Shown here: piece by piece, positions 11,315 to 20,164 of the stretch | Position numbering within the stretch: position 1 is the first letter of the stretch | Layout of the letters: the number at the start of each line of letters is the position of its first letter | The notes under the pieces: model-generated | Told to the model about the DNA's origin: nothing | The model's database searches: none | Seen by the model: the letters and a program-made list of their open reading frames with translations, nothing else | Program-made: the position numbers and the translations under genes | DNA from: an uncultured Fibrobacterota bacterium | GTDB lineage: Bacteria; Fibrobacterota; Chitinivibrionia; Chitinivibrionales; FEN-1185 | Direction: 5' to 3' | Length of the DNA stretch: 64,000 bases | Assembly: GCA_963729895.1 (NCBI GenBank) | Contig: CAVSQB010000005.1 | Coordinates: 320,001 to 384,000 of the forward strand

Positions 11315-14300
11315 CTACTGAACCGTGACGGAAAAAGCCTTGTTCGCAACCGTTTGATTTCCAGCCTTGTCAACCGCGGTCACGTTCCATGTATGCGCGC
11401 CCGCGGAAAGCGATGCGTCGGAATACGCCGCAAAAGGCATTCCGTACACGCTGAATTCGTACAACGAATTGCCCCAGCCCGTGGCGCGTTTGATGCAGAA
11501 GAGACGGATATATCTGCCGATGGCGTTGAGACCCTTGATGGATTCCGTGTTGCCTTTGCCGGCTGCGGTCTGGTAAACGGCCTTTCCCGTCCAGTTCGTC
11601 GTGTCGCTTGCCACATCTATCTCATACGATGTTGCATAGGCCGCCTCCCACAGGATCGTCACGGAATCTATCTGCGAAGGCGTGCCAAGGTCTACAAGTA
11701 GCCACTGGCTGTCGGCCCACGCGCTTTCCCATCGGGTCGCAGCGTTGCCGTCAACGGCGTTTTGCGCCACGTTGCCCTCCAGGACCGACGATGCGCTGGC
11801 GGTCTTGCCGAGCGCAATGTTCCCGTACGACATGGTGGCGCTGTACGCCACAGTGGCCAGCTTTGTGCCGTCCAGGGAAAATTCGTAATGGTCCATGCCG
11901 ATGCAGTTGTCCGTTGCGTTCTGCCAGCAAAACATGACCGCCGGCCCGGTAACGGCAGCATTGTTAGCCGGCGTCACGAGTGAAAATGCGGACGGAGGAG
12001 TTGTGTCGGAATACACAAAGGTCTGCGTAGCCGACGGGGTGCTCAGGTTCACCCAGTTGACCGCCGAGATATACCATTGGAAAGAACCCGGCGTGACCGT
12101 GGTGAAGGCAAAGGACGTATCCGTTGTGGACGCGACTTTACTGTTGTTGATGAACACATCATACCGCTGGATGCCTGATTCCGGGTCCGAGCTTTTCTTC
12201 CACACCAGCACAGGCGCGGCGCACTGGAGGGTCTGTCCGTTTGCGGGTGAAACGAGGCTGAATGCAAGCGGCGGGGTCGAATCGTTGAACCCCTGGTCAA
12301 CGGCGCCGATAAGAACGCCTGTTGAATCGACCGTGCCGGTCCAATTTATCTTGATCCGGTGGTCGAACGTGCCGCTTCCGATGCGGGAAAACGTCGTGGC
12401 AGCGCCATTGACCGTGACGGCAACGGTGGTGGCAGGCAGGAACCTGTCCGAAATATAAATCGACGAGACTTTTTGCGGTTTGTCAAAACGAACCGTTATT
12501 GCCTGGTTCTGGTACATGCTCCCGCTTTCGGTATAGGAAATCGTTCCGTAATTTCCGGGCATGCAGAACAGCGCGTTTTTAAGCTGGTGATTCATCGAGA
12601 CATCCCACTGGTCGGTCGTGGACGGCAGTTTGGGTTCGACATAGAGTTCGTTTGTGTACGCATTGTACCAGAAGCCGATAAGGGAATAATAATTTCGCCA
12701 TACCACCGGCAAGCTGACGTAAAAACTGTTACCGCTCCAGTTGGTGGAAGTGAAATTGACGCCGAGCCCGTTGTCAACCAGGTAAATGTCGCCGTCGAAC
12801 ACCCTGTTGCGGTTCTCGAAATACCTGTTGTAAAAATCCTTTTGTATGGCCCGCCATTCTGCAACATGGTTGGTGTTTAGGAATGCGGCGCCGAGATGGC
12901 CTATCACGTACGGCACCCAACCTTCGTTTTGGCCGTCATTTCCCGAGGCCGCCATGCCCAGATTAAGCGGGTGCCAGAATCCGTTGATCAGATAGGATAA
13001 GGTGGTGTCGATATCGGCATCGGCAAACATCTGGTCCTTGTGAAAGTACAGAGACATCGCCAACCCGGCAAACGGCGTCTCCTGGTTTGCGGTCATGCTG
13101 GTTGCCGGATTGGCAAGATACCGCTTCTTAAAGGAGGCGATTCCCGTGGTATATGCCGTTGTAAAGCTGTCCTGCATCCCGGCATCGCCGTAAATTCCGG
13201 CCATTTCCGCAATAATCTTGAATGCCGTAAGGGCGAGTCCAGAATTGTACAGGTCGTGGTCTTCCGGGCCCTTGTCATAGGTTGCCCCGCTCCCCTGAAA
13301 GGTGAAAGGATACGTTGCGTTCCCGTTGTCGACGGTTGCCAATCTGTACAGCCGTTGCGCGGTTCGAACAAAATACGGCCAGTAGGTGTCCATCCGCGTC
13401 TTGTCGCCGGTGGCGACAAACGATTCGTACACACCGAAAAGGAATCCGCAATCGAGGTCGGCCCAGTTGGGGCCGCCCCAGCCATGATACCCGGGCGCAC
13501 CCCACTGGCAGGTCTTATGGTCGGTCACCTGTCCCGCGGCAGGAGTAAAATCGTGCGAAATCTGGCCGTCATCATCGCCGCCGGCCATTTCGGTGCTCCC
13601 CCAGAATTCCATTTCGGAAGCCTTGGGCCAGGAAAACATCGGGCCGTTGATACGCCAGATCTCGGAACCGAACGCATGCCATCCCTGGTCCATCTGGCCG
13701 AACCAAGTGTACATGCCTTCCCATTCGCTGTAACGGCCGTCTTTCGTGTAGATGCTGCTGTTTGTCCAGGTAGTCTGATCCAGTGTGGTGTTCACGATCC
13801 AGTCTGGAACATTGGAAGAGCGGAAGCGCTCCACGAATTGCGTGGCGTTCGATTCCATGACCGCGAAACTGTCAAGACCGCTCTGGGCAAAGAATTGCGC
13901 ACTGGCCCCGAGATTTTCATAATAGTACCCGGTGGGATCGTTGGACTGGTACCACGAAAGGATGAATTCGACGTCCTTTTTCTCGCCGGGGCCAAGCGTG
14001 ACTTTCGACGCGACCATGTTGACAGTACCGGACAGCGTATTGTTGAGAGCGCCGGAGGCGAGAAAACCTGCGTCGTTTCCCACGGTAACGACCGCCGCAG
14101 GATCACTGCTCTTGACAAAGACCGCCATTGACGGGGCCCCGCCCTCTGCGACAAAGCCTTTCCCGGAAACGAGCGCCGGTGTCTGCCCTGTTGAAATCTG
14201 GAATGCGCAGGCCGCGTCCACGGAGTCGTTATTCATGTTGCGTAACGTCATGTGGTAAAACGCAACGGGCCATGTCATTGTCGCCTGGTCCGAAAGGTTA

Positions 14301-15547
14301 AACGGTGCGAATGCGGTGAGCGTTGCCGACACGTTGTTTGTCTGACCAAAATTTGCATATTCGACAGGGAAGATGGCGTCATCGTCATAACGGCTATTCG
14401 CATTATACGTACGCTTTGCCGCGCTCATTGTGGCTTGAGTCACTACCGAGGCTCCGTTCTTAGTGTACAGAGAAAATTTCCAATTCGGTTGCTGAACATA
14501 ATCCACCTGGCCCGCCGGAGTCTGGGACTGAAACGCAAATTGGCCGTTCCACGGACAAAATTTCACCGCACCCGTGCCTGCGCCGCCCAGAGGCGCTCCG
14601 GTGGTGCCGTCTATGGCCTCCGCAATGGCAAAGCTTCCGGAGCTGCTTGACTTGTCGCCTGTAGTGGAATGGGCTACAACATTCCATGTATGCGAAGTAC
14701 CAAGGGGCGCTGCGGCAAAGTTCGTGACAACGACTTCGCCGCGGGTAACACTCGCTGGGATGCTGTCGGCCACTTTGTTTCCGTCAACTACTATGGCATA
14801 ACCCGTTGCGCCGGCCATCGCGTTCCACTCAAAGATTATCGTGCCGCCGGGAGACTTGAAAACACGCGCCCCGTCCGCGGGATAGGTTATGCCAAAGGGA
14901 GCTTTTTGCAGGACAAAATTATAGGTGCCGGAATACGAGCTTATCGGACTTAGGCCTTCCGCGTACCCTGATGCGGTCGCGATAAGGGTATCCGCCACTG
15001 CTGCGCGCTTTGCGGACGCGGATGCCGCGGAATAGCCGTGAACGCACACGAGCCCGCCCTGCATGCCTGGATATTTATTGACATAGCTCAGGGTGTGGGT
15101 GGTGGTGACGGCGCCGATTCGCGCCCTTACAACATACATTTTTGCCGGGAGATTCTGGTTCACAAGCGGCAGCCGGTATTCACCCGGCGCGAGCAGCGTA
15201 TTGACAAGATCGACAACCAGCCTGCCCGTCAGGTCGTACAGTTGTATGCGGACCGGCTGCGCTTTTGCAACGGCAAACGAAAGAGACAGCCCGTGGATGA
15301 CCGGCGCGGCGGCAAATGACGGCGTGAGCAATGCATGGAGGTTCTGCGTAGAAACGAGGCTGTAGGTGCCGCTCGTGTCCGTTGTGGTCGTGATACCGGC
15401 TGCCACAAGACGCACCGTTGCGCCGGCGATGGCGTTGCCGCCGGCATCTTTGACGGTTCCCGTGATGGAAATCGCCTGGGCCTGAGAAAAGGAAACCAAG
15501 CCTGCCATCAGGACACAGAGGACGCATAAACCATGCTTTTTGTTCAT
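11315..15547 (-). CDS. Secreted GH116-like glycosidase with N-terminal Ig/sorting-like modules, Fn3-like domains and C-terminal F5/8 (CBM32) domain
   Basis: Signal peptide; GAPLGGAGTG (GH116 N-domain); SEWEG and ATYD matching GH116 catalytic-region motifs; AVDGNAATRWES..DSQWL.VDLG (F5/8). Confidence 0.72.
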   Translation of the reverse strand: MNKKHGLCVLCVLMAGLVSFSQAQAISITGTVKDAGGNAIAGATVRLVAAGITTTTDTSGTYSLVSTQNLHALLTPSFAAAPVIHGLSLSFAVAKAQPVRIQLYDLTGRLVVDLVNTLLAPGEYRLPLVNQNLPAKMYVVRARIGAVTTTHTLSYVNKYPGMQGGLVCVHGYSAASASAKRAAVADTLIATASGYAEGLSPISSYSGTYNFVLQKAPFGITYPADGARVFKSPGGTIIFEWNAMAGATGYAIVVDGNKVADSIPASVTRGEVVVTNFAAAPLGTSHTWNVVAHSTTGDKSSSSGSFAIAEAIDGTTGAPLGGAGTGAVKFCPWNGQFAFQSQTPAGQVDYVQQPNWKFSLYTKNGASVVTQATMSAAKRTYNANSRYDDDAIFPVEYANFGQTNNVSATLTAFAPFNLSDQATMTWPVAFYHMTLRNMNNDSVDAACAFQISTGQTPALVSGKGFVAEGGAPSMAVFVKSSDPAAVVTVGNDAGFLASGALNNTLSGTVNMVASKVTLGPGEKKDVEFILSWYQSNDPTGYYYENLGASAQFFAQSGLDSFAVMESNATQFVERFRSSNVPDWIVNTTLDQTTWTNSSIYTKDGRYSEWEGMYTWFGQMDQGWHAFGSEIWRINGPMFSWPKASEMEFWGSTEMAGGDDDGQISHDFTPAAGQVTDHKTCQWGAPGYHGWGGPNWADLDCGFLFGVYESFVATGDKTRMDTYWPYFVRTAQRLYRLATVDNGNATYPFTFQGSGATYDKGPEDHDLYNSGLALTAFKIIAEMAGIYGDAGMQDSFTTAYTTGIASFKKRYLANPATSMTANQETPFAGLAMSLYFHKDQMFADADIDTTLSYLINGFWHPLNLGMAASGNDGQNEGWVPYVIGHLGAAFLNTNHVAEWRAIQKDFYNRYFENRNRVFDGDIYLVDNGLGVNFTSTNWSGNSFYVSLPVVWRNYYSLIGFWYNAYTNELYVEPKLPSTTDQWDVSMNHQLKNALFCMPGNYGTISYTESGSMYQNQAITVRFDKPQKVSSIYISDRFLPATTVAVTVNGAATTFSRIGSGTFDHRIKINWTGTVDSTGVLIGAVDQGFNDSTPPLAFSLVSPANGQTLQCAAPVLVWKKSSDPESGIQRYDVFINNSKVASTTDTSFAFTTVTPGSFQWYISAVNWVNLSTPSATQTFVYSDTTPPSAFSLVTPANNAAVTGPAVMFCWQNATDNCIGMDHYEFSLDGTKLATVAYSATMSYGNIALGKTASASSVLEGNVAQNAVDGNAATRWESAWADSQWLLVDLGTPSQIDSVTILWEAAYATSYEIDVASDTTNWTGKAVYQTAAGKGNTESIKGLNAIGRYIRLFCIKRATGWGNSLYEFSVYGMPFAAYSDASLSAGAHTWNVTAVDKAGNQTVANKAFSVTVQ

Positions 15548-15653
15548 TGCATTACCCCTTTTGGCAAATTTAGGCAGATTCGGGTGCACTTGATTATACC
15601 CCTAAAAGTCATTCTAGTCAACCATCGTTATCGACACGAATAGCGGGATTTTG

Positions 15654-17138
15654 CTAATGCGGTAAAGGACGTTTCCAATCGGTCGAGTTTTCGGCTTTGG
15701 ACCGTATCGCAACGCTCAATTCGCGCGGAGTTAACCGTATGCGGCTAGTCACCAGCTCAGGCAGGTTATACGATTTCATAAACGTCAAATAAAACTCCGG
15801 ATCTTTTTGCGGGAGCACGAACGGTTTGTGCGCCGTGCCCTGCTCGTCGAAATAGGCGATATACGGACGGGTAAACCGGCCGTCGGTCCGGCGGCTTGAA
15901 AAAACGATCCACCGGCCGTTCGACGACCAGGAATGGTAGCTCTCAGATTGCGGGCTGTTTATATCGGGCTTTAACAATTGTCCGGTGGTGATGTTCACGA
16001 GATATAAATCGCTTTCCCGGTGCCAAATGGTGAAATTGCCATACTTAGACATGCAGATGAGCGCGAATCTGCCGTCGGGCGAGATCCGCGGAAACGATAC
16101 GCTCATTCCGGTTTTTTCCGACGAGACCACCGTATCGACGGCGCCGAATTCCTGTTTGTCGGGATCAAATGCGATGCTGAGCAGATCATACCGGATCTTA
16201 TCGTATTCGTCCGGAGATACGACCGGGGCGCTGCAATAGTAAAGCCGGCGTCCGTCCGGAGCCCAGCAGGGAAACGTCTCAAGCCGGTCGCCCGACGACA
16301 GAGCCGAACACGAGCTCACCCTGTCCGTTTCGACGTTATAAAGGACCACGTCCGAAAGGGTATCCTGGACCTCTATGGTCTTTTCGGGAATACTGTGAAA
16401 CCGCTGGACTATTTTGTTTACAGAAAATGCGACATATTTTCCACCCGGATGCCAGGCAGGATACACGACAGGTCCCATGGCCCCAGCGGCAACGTTGACC
16501 TTTGTCAGTTTCCCGTTCCGGTATATCACAGTGCCTGCAAACTGCCCCCGCAAATGAAACAACATGGTCGAGGGGTCGTTTTGGCGGAACGAATGGCAGT
16601 TCATGCAGTTCTTGCCGGACAGTTCGTTCAATGCGATTGGAACTTCTTCAAAGGTTTCCAGGTTGCGCTGATAGATGCCCATGGTATTCCATCGAACGAA
16701 TCCCGGCTCAATGAGACGATAGACGAGATACGGATCAATGGTCTCGGCGGCGATACGGACCATTAGGCTGCGATACCGGCCCCAGAGCCCTTGCTGCTTT
16801 GTCGATATGTCGATGGAAAGATCGCTCCCCCGGTTTTCCGACACCAACGTTTTCCATTTTCCCAACGGAATCCGTACGACGCCGTTTCTTGACAAAACGG
16901 ACACGGCTTTTCCACGCGGCCCATGGATTTTTACGACATAGGCGTCCGCCTTTTCCAGAACGGAAAAATTGAGCGGCGCGATGTTCGGCGGAATGGTGAC
17001 GCCCGCATAGTCGGGAGAAATTTCCGGTTCGCGATCGGTACGAATGGCGGAGATTTCCTTATCAGAACACCCCGACAGAAACAGCAACGCGACGATTACC
17101 GTGCAGGCCGACAATCCACGCAACAGGAAATACGGCAT
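15654..17138 (-). CDS. TolB-like beta-propeller (PD40 repeat) lipoprotein with a CxxCH motif
   Basis: Lipobox LSGC; PDYAGVTIPPNIAPLNF; CMNCH; YPAWHPGG, FPRISPDG and HSWSSNG repeats. Confidence 0.8.
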   Translation of the reverse strand: MPYFLLRGLSACTVIVALLFLSGCSDKEISAIRTDREPEISPDYAGVTIPPNIAPLNFSVLEKADAYVVKIHGPRGKAVSVLSRNGVVRIPLGKWKTLVSENRGSDLSIDISTKQQGLWGRYRSLMVRIAAETIDPYLVYRLIEPGFVRWNTMGIYQRNLETFEEVPIALNELSGKNCMNCHSFRQNDPSTMLFHLRGQFAGTVIYRNGKLTKVNVAAGAMGPVVYPAWHPGGKYVAFSVNKIVQRFHSIPEKTIEVQDTLSDVVLYNVETDRVSSCSALSSGDRLETFPCWAPDGRRLYYCSAPVVSPDEYDKIRYDLLSIAFDPDKQEFGAVDTVVSSEKTGMSVSFPRISPDGRFALICMSKYGNFTIWHRESDLYLVNITTGQLLKPDINSPQSESYHSWSSNGRWIVFSSRRTDGRFTRPYIAYFDEQGTAHKPFVLPQKDPEFYLTFMKSYNLPELVTSRIRLTPRELSVAIRSKAENSTDWKRPLPH

Positions 17139-17653
17139 TATGATATCCTGCTTCCGAAATACAGATAATACCAGTATGTTGCGCCGAATTCGGCGGCCAT
17201 AGACGAGGCTCCTTTGTCGTTGTCGTGTTTATGCAACGACATGCCTCGTACGAAATCCTTGAATCGCCGGTTCACCTCATCACCGATGGCGAACCCATCG
17301 GCTCCGGCGCCGCCGTGTGCATAACGGTACATGAGCACCGCTTCTTGATAATGAATGGGAAGTATGGCGGTTTTTGTTTCCGCACAAAGACCAAGTTTGG
17401 TCAAAAAGGCATCGATGTTTTTGTCAAGCAGCACATACGCCAGGTAATAATCGAGCGCGGCCTTGTTGTCCGGATGATCTTGCAACAGCTTGTCCAGGTG
17501 CTTCACGGTAAGGTTGTCTTCCAGCCAGAAGTCGGAAACAACCGCAAACCGCCGTTTTTCAGCTAGTTCATTGTCCGGAAAAGGCTCCTGTTTGTTATCA
17601 AGGAATGCGCCATACCGGCTAGCCCACGTCCGGTAGAGAAGCGTTTTACCCAA
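17138..17653 (-). pseudogene. C-terminal fragment of a DUF6057-like protein, truncated by IS1182
   Basis: KTLLYRTWA, P.NKAALDY.LA..LL.K, HYQEA and FGATYWYYLYF resemble DUF6057 C-termini; no start or N-terminal part, and the ORF abuts the IS end. Confidence 0.72.
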
Positions 17654-17654
17654 C

Positions 17655-19420
17655 GAGGCTGTAGGAAAACCCCATCTTTTCTAAGCGGACCGGCATCTTT
17701 TTCCTTATATTACCATATGTAAATATAAGCGAAAGGAGCCTGATGCCTCGTTTCAAGCCGTACTCCTACGAACAGACCAAGATGATCCCCCTCTCCTTTG
17801 ATCGCCAGATTCTTCCCGGAACGTTTGAGTATACCATCAGCAAGACCGTAAATACCCTTGATCTTACTTTGTTTCATCGCCGTTTTAAGAACGACGACAA
17901 CGGCGCACCGGCATTCGACCCCGCCATTCTCCTTAAAATTGTTCTGTATGCCTATTCCAAAGGGGTCGTATCCTCCCGGAAAATTGCACAGCTTTGTGAC
18001 GAGAACGTGGTGTTCATGGCGCTTTCGGCGGATAGTCACCCCCATTTTACCACGATAGCGGATTTCGTATCGAGCATGCAGGAGGAAATCCTGCCATTGT
18101 TCCGTCAGGTCGTGCTTGTCTGTTTGGAATTGGATCTAATCGAGGGCAGCATGTTTGCCATAGACGGGTGCAAGATTTCGTCGAACGCATCCAAGGAGTG
18201 GAGCGGGACTAAGGAGGATTTAGGAAAAAAGCGGGAGAAACTGATAAAAGCGCTCGATTACATGGTAAAGCGTCACATAGAGAAGGACAAGCGTGGTGAG
18301 ATAAGCGAAGACGAGGACAGAAACTTTGACGACCGTCTCAAAGCGGCGCAGGCGAAGATTGACAAGCTTGAAAAGTGGCTCTCGGAGAACGAGGACAAGC
18401 CGGGCAAACGCCGCAGGGTGCGGCAGAGCAATATTACGGACAATGAAAGCGCGAAGATGAAGACGTCGCATGGTGTTATCCAAGGGTATACTGGTGTGGC
18501 CGCGGTTGACGCGAAGCATCAGATTGTCGTTCACACGGAAGCGTTCGGTGAAGGTCAGGAAGGAGACACGCTTGCGCCTGTCATGCAAGGTTTAAAGACG
18601 AACTTGAAAGAAGCGGGGTTAGGTCCAGACGTGCTTGAGGGTGCTGTCATCACCGCCGATTCCAATTTTCATAGCATCGAAAACCTGAAGGTGCTCCATA
18701 ATGAACGGGCGGATGGATATATCCCGGACAACAATTTTAGAAAACGAGACCCGCGGTTTTCGACGGCGTTTCGACACAAGGGGAATGACATACCGCGAGA
18801 GAAGTTTTTTGAGACTTCCGACTTCCATTATGACAAGAGAAGCGGATGCTACATTTGTCCAGCGGGGAAAAAGCTGCATACCAACAAAAATCTTATGCAG
18901 ATTCTGGGATTGAACTATTATGCGTACAAGGCTTCACGCCGTGACTGCGGCGTGTGTGGCCTGAAAGCCAGGTGCATGAGAAACGAGCGTTCGAAGAGCA
19001 AGTCAATCAATATAAATAAAGACCCGTACCAGTACCTGGTCAAGGAAATGGCGTCCAAGATCGATACGCCGGATGGAAGGGAGATTTACAGCAAGCGGAT
19101 GGCAATCATTGAGCCGGTATTTGGAAACATCCGTGGGGCGAAACGAATGGACCGATTTACTCTCAGGACAAAGCGCAAAGTGAATATACAGTGGCTGTTA
19201 TATTGTCTTGTGCATAATATCGAGAAGATATGCAATTACGCCCCTCAGTGGGCGGTTTAACCTGGGAGAATAGTCCGTGTGGATGAAAAAAGCTGATTCG
19301 ACTTCATTTTCAACCTGTTTCATTGTTTCGTTTTAAATCATCTTGATTTTGCGGACTGGTACAACCTAGTTTTTCAACAAACCAAGAGACGGCGGCAAAT
19401 CCAGGTTTTTCTACAGGCTC
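17655..19420 (+). mobile_element. IS1182-family insertion sequence
   Basis: Terminal IRs GAGGCTGTAGGAAAACC / GGTTTTTCTACAGGCTC; AAC on both flanks; encloses a transposase. Confidence 0.9.
17743..19260 (+). CDS. IS1182-family DDE transposase
   Basis: PAFDPAILLKIVLYAY..G..SSRKI, AIDG, NITD, ADS, CPAG and EPVFGNI motifs. Confidence 0.93.
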   Translation: MPRFKPYSYEQTKMIPLSFDRQILPGTFEYTISKTVNTLDLTLFHRRFKNDDNGAPAFDPAILLKIVLYAYSKGVVSSRKIAQLCDENVVFMALSADSHPHFTTIADFVSSMQEEILPLFRQVVLVCLELDLIEGSMFAIDGCKISSNASKEWSGTKEDLGKKREKLIKALDYMVKRHIEKDKRGEISEDEDRNFDDRLKAAQAKIDKLEKWLSENEDKPGKRRRVRQSNITDNESAKMKTSHGVIQGYTGVAAVDAKHQIVVHTEAFGEGQEGDTLAPVMQGLKTNLKEAGLGPDVLEGAVITADSNFHSIENLKVLHNERADGYIPDNNFRKRDPRFSTAFRHKGNDIPREKFFETSDFHYDKRSGCYICPAGKKLHTNKNLMQILGLNYYAYKASRRDCGVCGLKARCMRNERSKSKSININKDPYQYLVKEMASKIDTPDGREIYSKRMAIIEPVFGNIRGAKRMDRFTLRTKRKVNIQWLLYCLVHNIEKICNYAPQWAV

Positions 19421-19707
19421 AACACACGCAGCCTCGCCATGCCCGCTTGACATGACGGTTTCGCCACCCGTCATGTCAGCCAGTCATGTCGAAGACTCCG
19501 TCGTGGCTTCCGTCGGGTGGCGAGATTGTAGGCGGGCACGGCGGGCGGTGCGTGGGACGTTGGCGTTAAGGCGCACGCGCGCCCTGTGTGCCCAAAACCG
19601 ACAACCGTGTGCCACTGCCGTCCCCGGCAGTGCTCTTGACAGTCAGGTGACCATCGTTATTAAAAAGTCGTCGGTGTTTACTGGAGATAGGTAGTTGAAG
19701 ATTTCAT

Positions 19708-19991
19708 AACCGGGTGTTTCTGGTGTGCGCGCAACAATATGCAAATGCAATTCAAGTGTTAGTGGATGGCTGAGCCGGGTGACCCCAAAGAGGGAGTTGG
19801 GGCGAGAAATCCAATCTTGCGTTGTGGGGCGCCCACAAGGTACAGTTGAGGATTTGTTATCCGGGTGCCGCTGCGGTGCGCGCAACTGAAGGTACGGGCT
19901 TGCCAAGGGTACATCCACGCCGCACCGGCTCGGCAATCCATAATATTATCTTGATATTTATCTTAGTATTCGCCGCATGCCCCGCAAACCA
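19708..19991 (+). repeat. Modular intergenic element, family A locus 2
   Basis: X at 19708, left unit at 19763, second X at 19859, right unit ending 19940, degenerate right unit at 19971. Confidence 0.85.
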
Positions 19992-20007
19992 TGCCACCAT
20001 CCCAAAG

Positions 20008-20036
20008 TTGACACAAAGTCCGCAAGACCGTATACT
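20008..20036 (+). promoter_or_regulatory. Sigma70-type promoter
   Basis: TTGACA-17 bp-TATACT upstream of the 20165 gene. Confidence 0.75.
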
Positions 20037-20164
20037 CTCAAGTGAGGCGCGGTAAGGGAACGCGACGCCGCTTCCTTAATCTTCAAGGGGCCTCGCCTGC
20101 CTGATCGCCGCATCATACGCCCAAATTGACTTCCGGAGGTTCCCCAAACACGAAAGGACCGATT

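Noticed and set aside
10841..11701. 286-aa plus-strand ORF
   Set aside because: It runs through the repeat element and then antisense to the GH116-like gene, with no recognisable protein features.
19759..19941. Recurring small ORFs such as MDCRAGAAWMYPWQARTFSCAHR (also at 34228, 37806, 43641)
   Set aside because: These are translations of the family A repeat. Starts, lengths and frames are inconsistent between copies and there is no RBS.
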